DNA from: an uncultured Acidobacteriota bacterium
GTDB lineage: Bacteria > Acidobacteriota > Vicinamibacteria > Fen-336
Direction: 5' to 3'
DNA length: 64,000 nt
Assembly: GCA_963720545.1 (NCBI GenBank)
Contig: OY970399.1
Coordinates: forward strand, 2,528,001-2,592,000
Position numbers and translations under genes: made by a program. Numbering within the stretch: position 1 is the first letter of the stretch; the number at the start of each line of letters is the position of its first letter. The notes under the pieces were generated by a model. The model did no database searches. It was not told where the DNA came from and saw nothing but the letters and a program-made list of their open reading frames with translations. Below, one piece after another: positions 47,497 to 55,056 of this stretch.

Positions 47497-47943
47497 GTGC
47501 TCGAAGTTGGCGACGCCGCACCCGATTTCGAAGTGGGCGGCAGTTCACTCCACGCTGTGGCGGCACAGGGCGACGGCGCGGTGGTCTTCTTCTATCCCAA
47601 GGCGTTCACTCCCGGTTGAACGTCCGAGGCCGGCGAGTTTCGCCGGCGATTCCCGCACCTTGCCGAAGCCGGCATGGCGGTGGTGGGCGTATCCTCCGAC
47701 ACGCAGGAGGTGGCGGACCGGTTCGCCGCCAGCCTGGAGCTGCCGTACCCTCTGGTCGGCAACCAGGACGGCTCGGTCGGCGCCGCATACGGCGTAAAGT
47801 GGCCCGTCATCGGTTTCTTCCGCCGGGCCAGCTTCGTGATCGGGCGGGACGGTGTGATCGAGGCCGCTTTGAGGCAGGAATCGAAGCCGCTGACCCACGC
47901 CAACTGGGCCCTCGACAAGGTGCGACGGCGCACCAAAGCCTGA
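47497..47943 (+). CDS. bcp: peroxiredoxin BCP/PrxQ, probable selenoprotein (UGA 47617-47619 = Sec41)
   Basis: GTG 47497 gives MLEVGDAAPDF...VVFFYPKAFTPG[TGA]TSEAGEFR...VVGVSSD...RASFVIGRDGVI; TGA sits exactly at the peroxidatic Cys of the PxxxTxxC motif. Confidence 0.88.
47629..47647 (+). promoter_or_regulatory. putative bacterial SECIS hairpin
   Basis: GCCGGCGA-GTT-TCGCCGGC, a perfect 8-bp stem starting after a 9-nt spacer behind the UGA; the loop begins with G. Confidence 0.7.
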
Positions 47944-47982
47944 CCCGGCTGGAATTAACATCGAGGGCTCGCGAAAGCGCCC

Positions 47983-49635
47983 GTGTTTACAGACCTCTCC
48001 ACCACCCCGATTTCGGAAACGATCCGCCAGATTTCCGCCGGCCGCAAGACCGGGGATCTCACGGTCAGTTCGGGACGTGACGTCAAGACCATCTTCTTCG
48101 ACCACGGCCGCGTGGTGTTCGCGGGCAGCAACGTCAAGGCCGACCGACTCGGCGAATCGCTGATGTCGCAGGGCCGCGTGGTCCGCGAGGACGTCGAGAA
48201 GGCGCTCGTGGTCATGGCCAACAGCGGCCGCAAGCGCCACTTCGGCGAGGCGCTGGTGGAAGCGGGGGTCCTCGACCGCCGTGAACTCGGCGGCTCGGTG
48301 GCGCGCCAGGTGACGCAGATCGTGCTGTCGCTGTTCGAGCTCGAATCGGGCCAGTCGATCTTCGAGGAGCGGCGCTGTCCCATCCCGCTCGAGTTCATGG
48401 TGAGCCTGTCGGTGCACCGCATTCTCTACGTCGGCATCCGCCAGATGAAGAACGCGGCGTTCGTGCAGAACGGCATCGGCGAGCTCGACCGCCGCGTAAT
48501 CCTCTCGGCGGCGCCGCCGTTCCGCTTCGGCACGCGCAAGTGCGGCGCCGAGGAGCTCGAGATCCTCGACCAGGCGACGAAGCCGGTGACCGTGCGGCGC
48601 CTGGCGTGGGCGCCCGGCGGCATCGTGGCCTCACGCCTGCGCAGCGTGTATGCGTTCATCGCTTCGGGCGTGCTCGATTCGGTGGGCGGCGACGAGTCCG
48701 AGCAGCAGCCGGTGATCCAGATGGAAACCAGCACCTTCCTGTTGTCGGCGCTGCGCAGCCGCCCCGACCCGACCTTCCGCGAGGCGATCAACGAGGAAGT
48801 GGAGCAGGAGCTGGCGCGTTCGGACAAGTTCGACCGCGAGAGCTGGCTCAACCTGTCGAAGACCGCCCCGAAGGACGAACTCGTCAAGGCGCTCGAGGAA
48901 AAGATGGAGCGCTACCACCAGCTGCTGGAAGCGGTGGGCGACGACGAGGAGCTGAAGCGCGACATCGAGATGATCCTCGGACGCGCCTCCGCGATGCTGC
49001 GGCTCGCGCGCCAGACCGCTGCCGCCGAAGGGCCGCAGACGCTCGCTTTCCGCCCCCCGCCGGGGGTGGCCCCGGTTCACGCAGGCGGTGAAATCCCGCC
49101 TGGCGCGCCGCCCGATACGCCGCCCGCCGCGCCCTCGGAGCAGGGTTCGACTCCGGCTCCGGCAGTGCCGCGGGCGACGGCCAACATGCAGCGGGTGACC
49201 ACCGGCTCCACCGGCGTCGGCGCGAGCGCCTTCCAGGGCGCCGCGTTTGCCGACCACCTGCTGCTCGAGGCGCAGGCGCGCATGGTGGTGAACGATTTCG
49301 TGAACGCGGCCCGCGTGTACGAGAAACTGGTCGACCACATGCCCGAAGTGCCCGGCTATCACGCGCGCTATGCCATCGCCCTGTCGCGCCACCCGGCGAG
49401 CGCCAAGCGCGCCGAACGCGAGTTCCTCGAGGCGATCCGCCTCGACCCCGACAATGCCGACTTCCGCTACCAGCTCGGCTTGTACTACAAGAGGATGAAG
49501 CAGCGCTCCCGCGCCCTCGCCGAGCTGCGCACTGCGGTGCGCCTGGACGCCAAGCACCGCGGCGCCCGCCAGGAGCTGGAGGCGCTCTCACCCAAGGATT
49601 CGGTCCTCGACAACCTGCGCAAGCTCTTCAAGTAA
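47983..49635 (+). CDS. DUF4388/PATAN-domain protein with degenerate J-like helices and C-terminal TPRs
   Basis: RKTGDLTV...KTIFFDHGRVVFAGSN...RLGESL; Pro-rich linker; EAIRLDPDNADFRYQLGLYY TPR. Confidence 0.75.
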   Translation: MFTDLSTTPISETIRQISAGRKTGDLTVSSGRDVKTIFFDHGRVVFAGSNVKADRLGESLMSQGRVVREDVEKALVVMANSGRKRHFGEALVEAGVLDRRELGGSVARQVTQIVLSLFELESGQSIFEERRCPIPLEFMVSLSVHRILYVGIRQMKNAAFVQNGIGELDRRVILSAAPPFRFGTRKCGAEELEILDQATKPVTVRRLAWAPGGIVASRLRSVYAFIASGVLDSVGGDESEQQPVIQMETSTFLLSALRSRPDPTFREAINEEVEQELARSDKFDRESWLNLSKTAPKDELVKALEEKMERYHQLLEAVGDDEELKRDIEMILGRASAMLRLARQTAAAEGPQTLAFRPPPGVAPVHAGGEIPPGAPPDTPPAAPSEQGSTPAPAVPRATANMQRVTTGSTGVGASAFQGAAFADHLLLEAQARMVVNDFVNAARVYEKLVDHMPEVPGYHARYAIALSRHPASAKRAEREFLEAIRLDPDNADFRYQLGLYYKRMKQRSRALAELRTAVRLDAKHRGARQELEALSPKDSVLDNLRKLFK

Positions 49636-49674
49636 GGTGCGAGAATAGTCCTCGACTTTCGAGGGGGTTCATCC

Positions 49675-50058
49675 GTGAGGCTTCGTTCTGAACGCATCGG
49701 GATCGTCGCGCTGCTCGCGGCCGCGGCGCCCCTGTTGAGCTGCGGCACGATTCACGACCGCTTCCGCGAGTGCGAGGAAGTGAACGTGACCATGAGCGTC
49801 AGCCACCAGGTGCTCACGGGTGCCAACGTGATCGCCGAGAACGAGACGGTCAGCGCCGGCAACTTCCTCGCGCCGGGCGCCGCGCGCGTCTTCGGGGTGT
49901 GCGTCGAGCGCGGCGACCGCAAGCGCTTCATCGCCTTCCGCAACGGCGTCAGCGAGTTCCAGGTCACCTGCGTCGCGACCTTCAGCGACGACCAGGCGCT
50001 GACGGCGCACCCCAGGGTCGAGCTCGGCCCCACCGAGCTCGCGTGTCAGGACTGGTAG
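49675..50058 (+). CDS. hypothetical lipoprotein
   Basis: LLSC lipobox; four further Cys; fills the gap between neighbours. Confidence 0.65.
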   Translation: MRLRSERIGIVALLAAAAPLLSCGTIHDRFRECEEVNVTMSVSHQVLTGANVIAENETVSAGNFLAPGAARVFGVCVERGDRKRFIAFRNGVSEFQVTCVATFSDDQALTAHPRVELGPTELACQDW

Positions 50059-50062
50059 CGCC

Positions 50063-51325
50063 TCAGATCCACTTGACGAACCAGGTCCACGCGCCCACGC
50101 CGAGGAAGCGGGCCTGGAACCAGGTCGTGGGAATCGGCACCGCGGTCAGGACCGGGAAGAACAGCAAGAACAACGCGACGACCAGCACCACGTAGCCGCG
50201 CGCCACGGCCCGCAGGCGGCCGTCCCACAAGAAGTCGAGCGCCGCGCCGAGCGCCAGGCACGCATAGGGGATCGCCTCCAGGAGGTAGTGCGAGTAGTTG
50301 AGGGTGCGCGGCGAAATGCCCCACGGCAGGTACATGCAGAAGAACCCGGCGCCAGCGAACAGCAGCGCGGCGTTGCGCTTCCACAGGCCGGTGACGAACG
50401 CCCAGGCGCTGATCGGCACCGATAGCCACCACACCGCCGGGTTGCCGACGGCGAAGATGCCGTAGACCCAGCCGTCGATTTCCTTGTAGTAGTACCAGGT
50501 CGGCCGATACAGCCATGGCCACGTCTGCCAGTTGCTGAAGTAAGGGTGCGTCGCGTTGAGATGCGCGTGGTAGTTCCAGATGTCCTTCTGCAGGTGCCAC
50601 AACGTCGCAAGGCCGGCCTTGTGGATGTGGCCGCTCCAGTCGGGGATGGCGTAGTAGCTGCCGATGTAGATCGCAACCGGCAGCACCACGAACGCGAGCG
50701 CCGCGAGCGCCAGTTCGCGCCAGCGGAGAAAACGCTTCCTGCGCACCACCAGCAGCACCAGGCCGACGAAGCCCCAGGCCCACAGGCTGGTCCAGCGGGT
50801 GGCGAGCGCCAGACCCAGCACCGCGCCGAGCCCGATCATGGAACGCGCGGGCAACGGCTCCTCTTTCGCGGCGCGCACGCCGATGAGCACGGAGCCGAGC
50901 TGGAAGAGGATGGCGAAGATGTTGGTCATCGCGGTGCGGCTTTGCACCAGGTAGACGCCGTCCGCGAGCAGCAGCACGCTTGCCAGCAGCGCCGCGCGCT
51001 GCGACAGGAACTGGCGCGCGAGCAGGAAGAAGACCGGCGCCACCGCTATGCCGGCGAGTGCGGGCAGCAGGCGCCACGCCCACGGCTCGTAGCCGAAGAG
51101 GCGCACGCCGACGCCGATGAGGATCTTGGCCATCGGCGGGTGCACCCATTCGAGCGGCACGACGCCTTCGATGTACTGCTGCGCGGTCTTCGCGTGGTAG
51201 ACCTCGTCGAAGAACTCCTCGCCGGGGACGCCGAGGCGCGGCAAGCGGGTGAGCGCAGCCACCAGCGTGAGGACCAGCGCGATCAGCAGGTCGCGCCGCC
51301 GCGCCGCTGCCCGGTCGCCCTGCAC
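50063..51325 (-). CDS. PMT-like (GT39) lipid-carrier-dependent protein glycosyltransferase
   Basis: FFDEVYH, VHPPMAK, WAWRL, SRTAM, HPYFSNWQTWPWLYRP, GNPAVWW. Confidence 0.85.
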   Translation of the reverse strand: MQGDRAAARRRDLLIALVLTLVAALTRLPRLGVPGEEFFDEVYHAKTAQQYIEGVVPLEWVHPPMAKILIGVGVRLFGYEPWAWRLLPALAGIAVAPVFFLLARQFLSQRAALLASVLLLADGVYLVQSRTAMTNIFAILFQLGSVLIGVRAAKEEPLPARSMIGLGAVLGLALATRWTSLWAWGFVGLVLLVVRRKRFLRWRELALAALAFVVLPVAIYIGSYYAIPDWSGHIHKAGLATLWHLQKDIWNYHAHLNATHPYFSNWQTWPWLYRPTWYYYKEIDGWVYGIFAVGNPAVWWLSVPISAWAFVTGLWKRNAALLFAGAGFFCMYLPWGISPRTLNYSHYLLEAIPYACLALGAALDFLWDGRLRAVARGYVVLVVALFLLFFPVLTAVPIPTTWFQARFLGVGAWTWFVKWI

Positions 51326-51855
51326 TAGTTGTGGGATGGGACCGGCGCCGGTGTCAGGTCGGACTGCGCCGCTTTCGGGCCGACCCGGCGCGCCACCGGG
51401 CCTTCGGCCATCTTGATCCACTGCGAGGACGAGAGCCGCACGTAGATCTCGACGCGCGCATCCTTCCAATGCGAGTTGCCGAACATCGCCGCCGGCGGTT
51501 CGGGCGAGTGGTAGCGCGCCTCCGACTTGAACTCGAGGAGCAGCGACTGGCCAGCCTTCAGCGGCTTGCCGCCCTGCGTGACGAACTTGAAGTCGGAGCC
51601 CCACGCATCATCCGAGCCCGCCAGGCGGAAGGTGGCCATGGCGCGCACGAACTCGAGGTCGGTTTGGCCCTTGTTGCGGATGTTGACCCGCACCATCGGC
51701 GCGATGTACTGCTCGCCGGCGCTCGCCGGTTCAACGCCCCAGTAGCCGTCGAGGTCCGTAAATTCCACGAACAGGTTGGGGTCTTGAGCCCCGCCGCAGG
51801 CACTCGCACCGAGGCTGGCGGCGAGTATGACGCCGAGGACGGAGCGCTGGCTCAT
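51325..51855 (-). CDS. hypothetical lipoprotein
   Basis: MSQRSVLGVILAASLGASAC signal/lipobox; TACAAT 6 nt before the ATG. Confidence 0.7.
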   Translation of the reverse strand: MSQRSVLGVILAASLGASACGGAQDPNLFVEFTDLDGYWGVEPASAGEQYIAPMVRVNIRNKGQTDLEFVRAMATFRLAGSDDAWGSDFKFVTQGGKPLKAGQSLLLEFKSEARYHSPEPPAAMFGNSHWKDARVEIYVRLSSSQWIKMAEGPVARRVGPKAAQSDLTPAPVPSHN

Positions 51856-52694
51856 GGAGCGATTGTACCCGCGGAGCTGTAGCGAGTTCCGCGAATGAAT
51901 GCGGCCAGCTGGTCGTGCAGGGCCTCGAACGACGGCACCACGAACAGGCGGTCCTGCATCGCCGAGAACTGGTAGCTGGTAGAGGCGACGGTGTCGGCGT
52001 CGAACGGCAGCAACCGCACGTCCGGCGAGAACGCGTGCGGCAGCTCGCCGAAGCTCGAGAGCAGGCCCGCACCGTAGGCCTTGACGCCGCCTTGCTCCTC
52101 GACCAGCCCGAACTCGAGGGTGAACCAGTAGAGGCGGTCGAGGAACACCAGCTGCGCCTGGTTCGCGGTGCGCGCCGCGCGGCCGATGGTGACCGAGAGT
52201 GCCGCGAAATGCGGGTCGACGAACATCGGCATGTGGCCGAGGACCTCGTGGACGATGTCGGGCTCGGGCGTGTACTCGGGCCGCGAGGCGTGGCGAATGT
52301 ACTGCGTAGACGACATCACGCGGTCGGCGAGGCTGCCGAGGAATTCGGCGGGCTCGACCAGTCCCTCGATGGCGCGCACCGTGAACCCGCTCTGTGCTCG
52401 CAGCGCCGCGGAGAGGTCGGCAAGCTGCGGGATCGTGGTGCGCGGGATGCCGAGCACCTGGCGCGCGTGCTGGTAGCGCTGACACGCGTGCGTCGCGTGC
52501 AGGTCGGCGAGCTGCTCCGCGACCGTGCGCCAGGTGCCGTGCTCCTCGCCCGTGTAGACGAGCCGCGGCGGTTCCCGGCCCGCCATGCGGTGGTCGCGGC
52601 AACGCTGCGCGATTTCGTCGCGGCGGGCGCGATAGAGCGGATCGGAAGCTCCCGGATGGTCGATCCCGAGAACCGCGATGTTCTTCGCCGACAT
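51852..52694 (-). CDS. phhA: phenylalanine 4-monooxygenase
   Basis: AAGGAG RBS; DHPG, STQYIRH, YTPEPDIVHEVLGHMP, LYWFTLEFGL, KAYGAGLLSSFGE. Confidence 0.93.
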   Translation of the reverse strand: MSAKNIAVLGIDHPGASDPLYRARRDEIAQRCRDHRMAGREPPRLVYTGEEHGTWRTVAEQLADLHATHACQRYQHARQVLGIPRTTIPQLADLSAALRAQSGFTVRAIEGLVEPAEFLGSLADRVMSSTQYIRHASRPEYTPEPDIVHEVLGHMPMFVDPHFAALSVTIGRAARTANQAQLVFLDRLYWFTLEFGLVEEQGGVKAYGAGLLSSFGELPHAFSPDVRLLPFDADTVASTSYQFSAMQDRLFVVPSFEALHDQLAAFIRGTRYSSAGTIAP

Positions 52695-52718
52695 GTCTCG
52701 TCTCCTTGGTGAATGCAC

Positions 52719-52758
52719 AAAATGAAAAAGCCCGCGTCCCCTTTCGGGTTGCGGGCTT
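52719..52758 (-). terminator. attenuator terminator upstream of phhA
   Basis: Minus strand AAGCCCGC-AA-CCC-GAAAG-GGG-AC-GCGGGCTT followed by TTTCATTTT. Confidence 0.85.
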
Positions 52759-52789
52759 GACCAGCGTTCGTCAGCTTCGTGAACCGCTG

Positions 52790-52858
52790 CTAGGCGCGCA
52801 CCCCGAGTGCGTATCGGTACGAATACGCGTAGAGGTGGCCGGCCGGCAGTTGTTTCAC
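52790..52858 (-). CDS. Tyr-rich leader peptide (22 aa)
   Basis: GTG...TAG gives MKQLPAGHLYAYSYRYALGVRA*; 4 Tyr in 7 codons; extended -10 TGGCATAAT at 52876-52868. Confidence 0.82.
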   Translation of the reverse strand: MKQLPAGHLYAYSYRYALGVRA

Positions 52859-52885
52859 GAGGCGGGGATTATGCCACACCTCGAG

Positions 52886-52961
52886 GTCTTCCCGAGGAGC
52901 TCAACGCTTGCGCTGCGACCGAGGGATCTCAGTTGCAACCCACTGTGTCCGGACACAGTGG
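52886..52961. repeat. left copy of a 76-bp imperfect inverted repeat containing a perfect 22-bp palindrome
   Basis: 66/76 identical to the reverse complement of 53961-54036; CCACTGTGTCCGGACACAGTGG at 52940-52961. Confidence 0.92.
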
Positions 52962-52962
52962 C

Positions 52963-53298
52963 TCAGGGGTTCGGGGCGAGCAGCAGGGCCCCCAGGAGCT
53001 GTTCGACGCTGCGGCCTTCGCGGGCGGCTCGCTGGCGCAGTTCCTCGGCACGCACGGCGGGGAGCGTCACCTCGAACGTCGGTGCCGCTGCGGCCGTGGC
53101 GAGGTGCGCGGCGACCAGGCCGCGGAAATCGGCGCCGATTCTGGCATCGCCAAGCCGCAGCCGCGCTTCCGAGAGGCGGCCGGCGCCGAGCGAGCACAAC
53201 ACCGAGATCTCGCCATCGCCCGGATCGCCGCGCAGCGTGCGGCCCAGGGACATCTCGACGTCGACGAGGTTGAGGCGATGGCGGTCGAACAGGCCCAC
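52963..53298 (-). CDS. hypothetical protein with C-terminal ribbon-helix-helix-like segment
   Basis: GGAGG RBS before GTG 53298; FEVTLPAVRAEELRQRAAREGRSVEQLLGALL fits an RHH pattern. Confidence 0.6.
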   Translation of the reverse strand: MGLFDRHRLNLVDVEMSLGRTLRGDPGDGEISVLCSLGAGRLSEARLRLGDARIGADFRGLVAAHLATAAAAPTFEVTLPAVRAEELRQRAAREGRSVEQLLGALLLAPNP

Positions 53299-53323
53299 TT
53301 GCGATCCTCCGTGATGATGATGG

Positions 53324-53512
53324 CTAGCGGCCGTTGATGATCTCGCCGGTCTTGTATTCGAGCTGCTGGCTCGTATCGCGAACCACACCCGGGGTGTTCT
53401 GTTCAAGCGTCTTCCAGGCTTCCTGGGAAGTCACCGGCTGCTGTGCTTGTTGCTGACCCGGAATCCCGGCAAGCGCCGGATCACCGCCGATCGGCGGCAG
53501 GTTAGAACTCAT
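53324..53512 (-). CDS. hypothetical protein (62 aa)
   Basis: GGAGGAG RBS; ATGA overlap with the upstream ORF; composition is not the Arg-rich type of shadow ORFs. Confidence 0.6.
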   Translation of the reverse strand: MSSNLPPIGGDPALAGIPGQQQAQQPVTSQEAWKTLEQNTPGVVRDTSQQLEYKTGEIINGR

Positions 53513-53805
53513 TGCGGCTCCTCCGTTTCTCCATCAGTGACGACGCCTTTGACACGCAACTGGGCGGTCCACGCGGATTGCGCTGCAACCGCCAGTGCTT
53601 CCGCCAGGTCGCCTTCGGTCGCGCCCGACCCGCCGGTACGCGACATCCAGTGGGCCAGCAGCACGTTCGACCCGACCGAAGCGCGGCCGGCCGAGTCGGT
53701 CATGATGCGCAGCTCGAGGAGCGCGTGTTCGATCCTCGCGGCCCACGCCGCGAAAGCCTCTTCCGCGGCTTGCGGGGCGCCCTCCGTGGCTTCGTTGCGT
53801 GCCAT
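53509..53805 (-). CDS. hypothetical helical protein (98 aa)
   Basis: TAAGGA before the ATG; MARNEATEGAPQ...; translationally coupled to the next ORF. Confidence 0.55.
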   Translation of the reverse strand: MARNEATEGAPQAAEEAFAAWAARIEHALLELRIMTDSAGRASVGSNVLLAHWMSRTGGSGATEGDLAEALAVAAQSAWTAQLRVKGVVTDGETEEPQ

Positions 53806-53960
53806 TTCCTTACCGAATGCACGCGGCGCGCCGCCACCGAAAAGGGCTGGTTGCTGGCCAAACCGTCCTCGATAGGCACGCCTTCCCGCAAAAATGATGC
53901 GCCTCCGGATGGCACCCTGCGCAGCCTTGCGGGCTCCTCGAGAAGGATCAGGCGGTACTG

Positions 53961-54076
53961 CTACTGCGTCCGGACACAGTGGACTGCAACGGGGGTCCCT
54001 CGGTCGCAGCGCATGCGTTGCGCTCCTCGGGAAAACGGCCGGTGGAGGCGCAAGGGTTGAGCTCGTCGGGGAAACC
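53961..54076. repeat. right copy of the inverted repeat plus a partial tandem duplicate
   Basis: 53961-54036 is the full copy; 54048-54076 repeats its outer 28-29 bp at a 39-bp offset (25/29 identical to the left copy). Confidence 0.9.
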
Positions 54077-54106
54077 GCGTGGGTCTGGCGGTAGAGTCGC
54101 CGTCGC

Positions 54107-54901
54107 ATGAAGCAGTATCTCGAGCTGTTGAAGGACGTGCTGGAGAACGGCACCGAGAAGAGCGACCGCACCGGCACCGGCACGCGCTCGGTATTCGGGC
54201 GGCAGATGCGCTTCGACCTCGCGCAGGGATTTCCTCTCGTCACCACCAAGAAACTGCACCTGCGCTCGATCGTGCACGAGCTGCTGTGGTTCCTGCGCGG
54301 GGAGACCAACGTCGCATCGCTGCACGCCAGCAACGTAACGATATGGGATGAATGGGCCGACTCGCAAGGCGAGCTGGGACCGGTTTACGGCAAGCAGTGG
54401 CGCCGCTGGCTGGCGCCCGACGGCCACGAGATCGACCAGGTCGCTTGGGTGCTCGACGAGATCCGCAAGAACCCCGACTCACGCCGCCTGATCGTCTCGG
54501 CGTGGAACGTTGCCGACCTGCCGCGCATGGCCCTGCAGCCGTGCCACGTACTCTTCCAGTTCTACGTCGCCGCGGGAAAGCTCAGCTGCCAGGTGTACCA
54601 GCGCTCGGGCGACATGTTCCTCGGCGTGCCGTTCAACATCGCAAGCTACGCGCTCTTCACCACGATGATGGCGCACGCCACCGGGCTGATGCCGGGCGAC
54701 CTGGTACACACGCTGGGCGACGCGCACCTCTATTCGAACCACTTCGAGCAGGCGCGCGAGCAGCTCTCCCGCACGCCGCGCCAGCTGCCGATCCTGCGCC
54801 TAAACGACGCGCCCCGCGACTTGTTCGCGATCGGCTACAACGACATCACAGTAGAAGGCTACGACCCACTGCCTGCGATCAAGGCCCCCGTCGCGGTCTA
54901 G
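54107..54901 (+). CDS. thyA: thymidylate synthase
   Basis: [55 protein letters not shown]. Confidence 0.97.
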   Translation: MKQYLELLKDVLENGTEKSDRTGTGTRSVFGRQMRFDLAQGFPLVTTKKLHLRSIVHELLWFLRGETNVASLHASNVTIWDEWADSQGELGPVYGKQWRRWLAPDGHEIDQVAWVLDEIRKNPDSRRLIVSAWNVADLPRMALQPCHVLFQFYVAAGKLSCQVYQRSGDMFLGVPFNIASYALFTTMMAHATGLMPGDLVHTLGDAHLYSNHFEQAREQLSRTPRQLPILRLNDAPRDLFAIGYNDITVEGYDPLPAIKAPVAV

Positions 54902-55056
54902 CAATTCCCGGTTATCCAGGCGCTTCAACGGCATAGGGCGCCTCTCTTTGCACCCAGACGACGTGACATTCGAGTCAGGCCACTAGCGGGATTGAATACG
55001 GTCCAGAAAACCCATCCTCTATTCGCGGCGGTGTCGTGCAGCACCCGCGGTTCCTC

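Noticed and set aside
47617..47619. bcp as a nonsense pseudogene, or start at ATG 47674
   Set aside because: The stop coincides exactly with the catalytic Cys, both sides are intact and a SECIS-like hairpin follows.
52886..54076. Integron attC sites, CRISPR repeats or IS ends
   Set aside because: Copies are inverted rather than direct, there is no spacer array, no matching RYYYAAC for the GTTGAGC, and no integrase, cas or transposase gene in the window.
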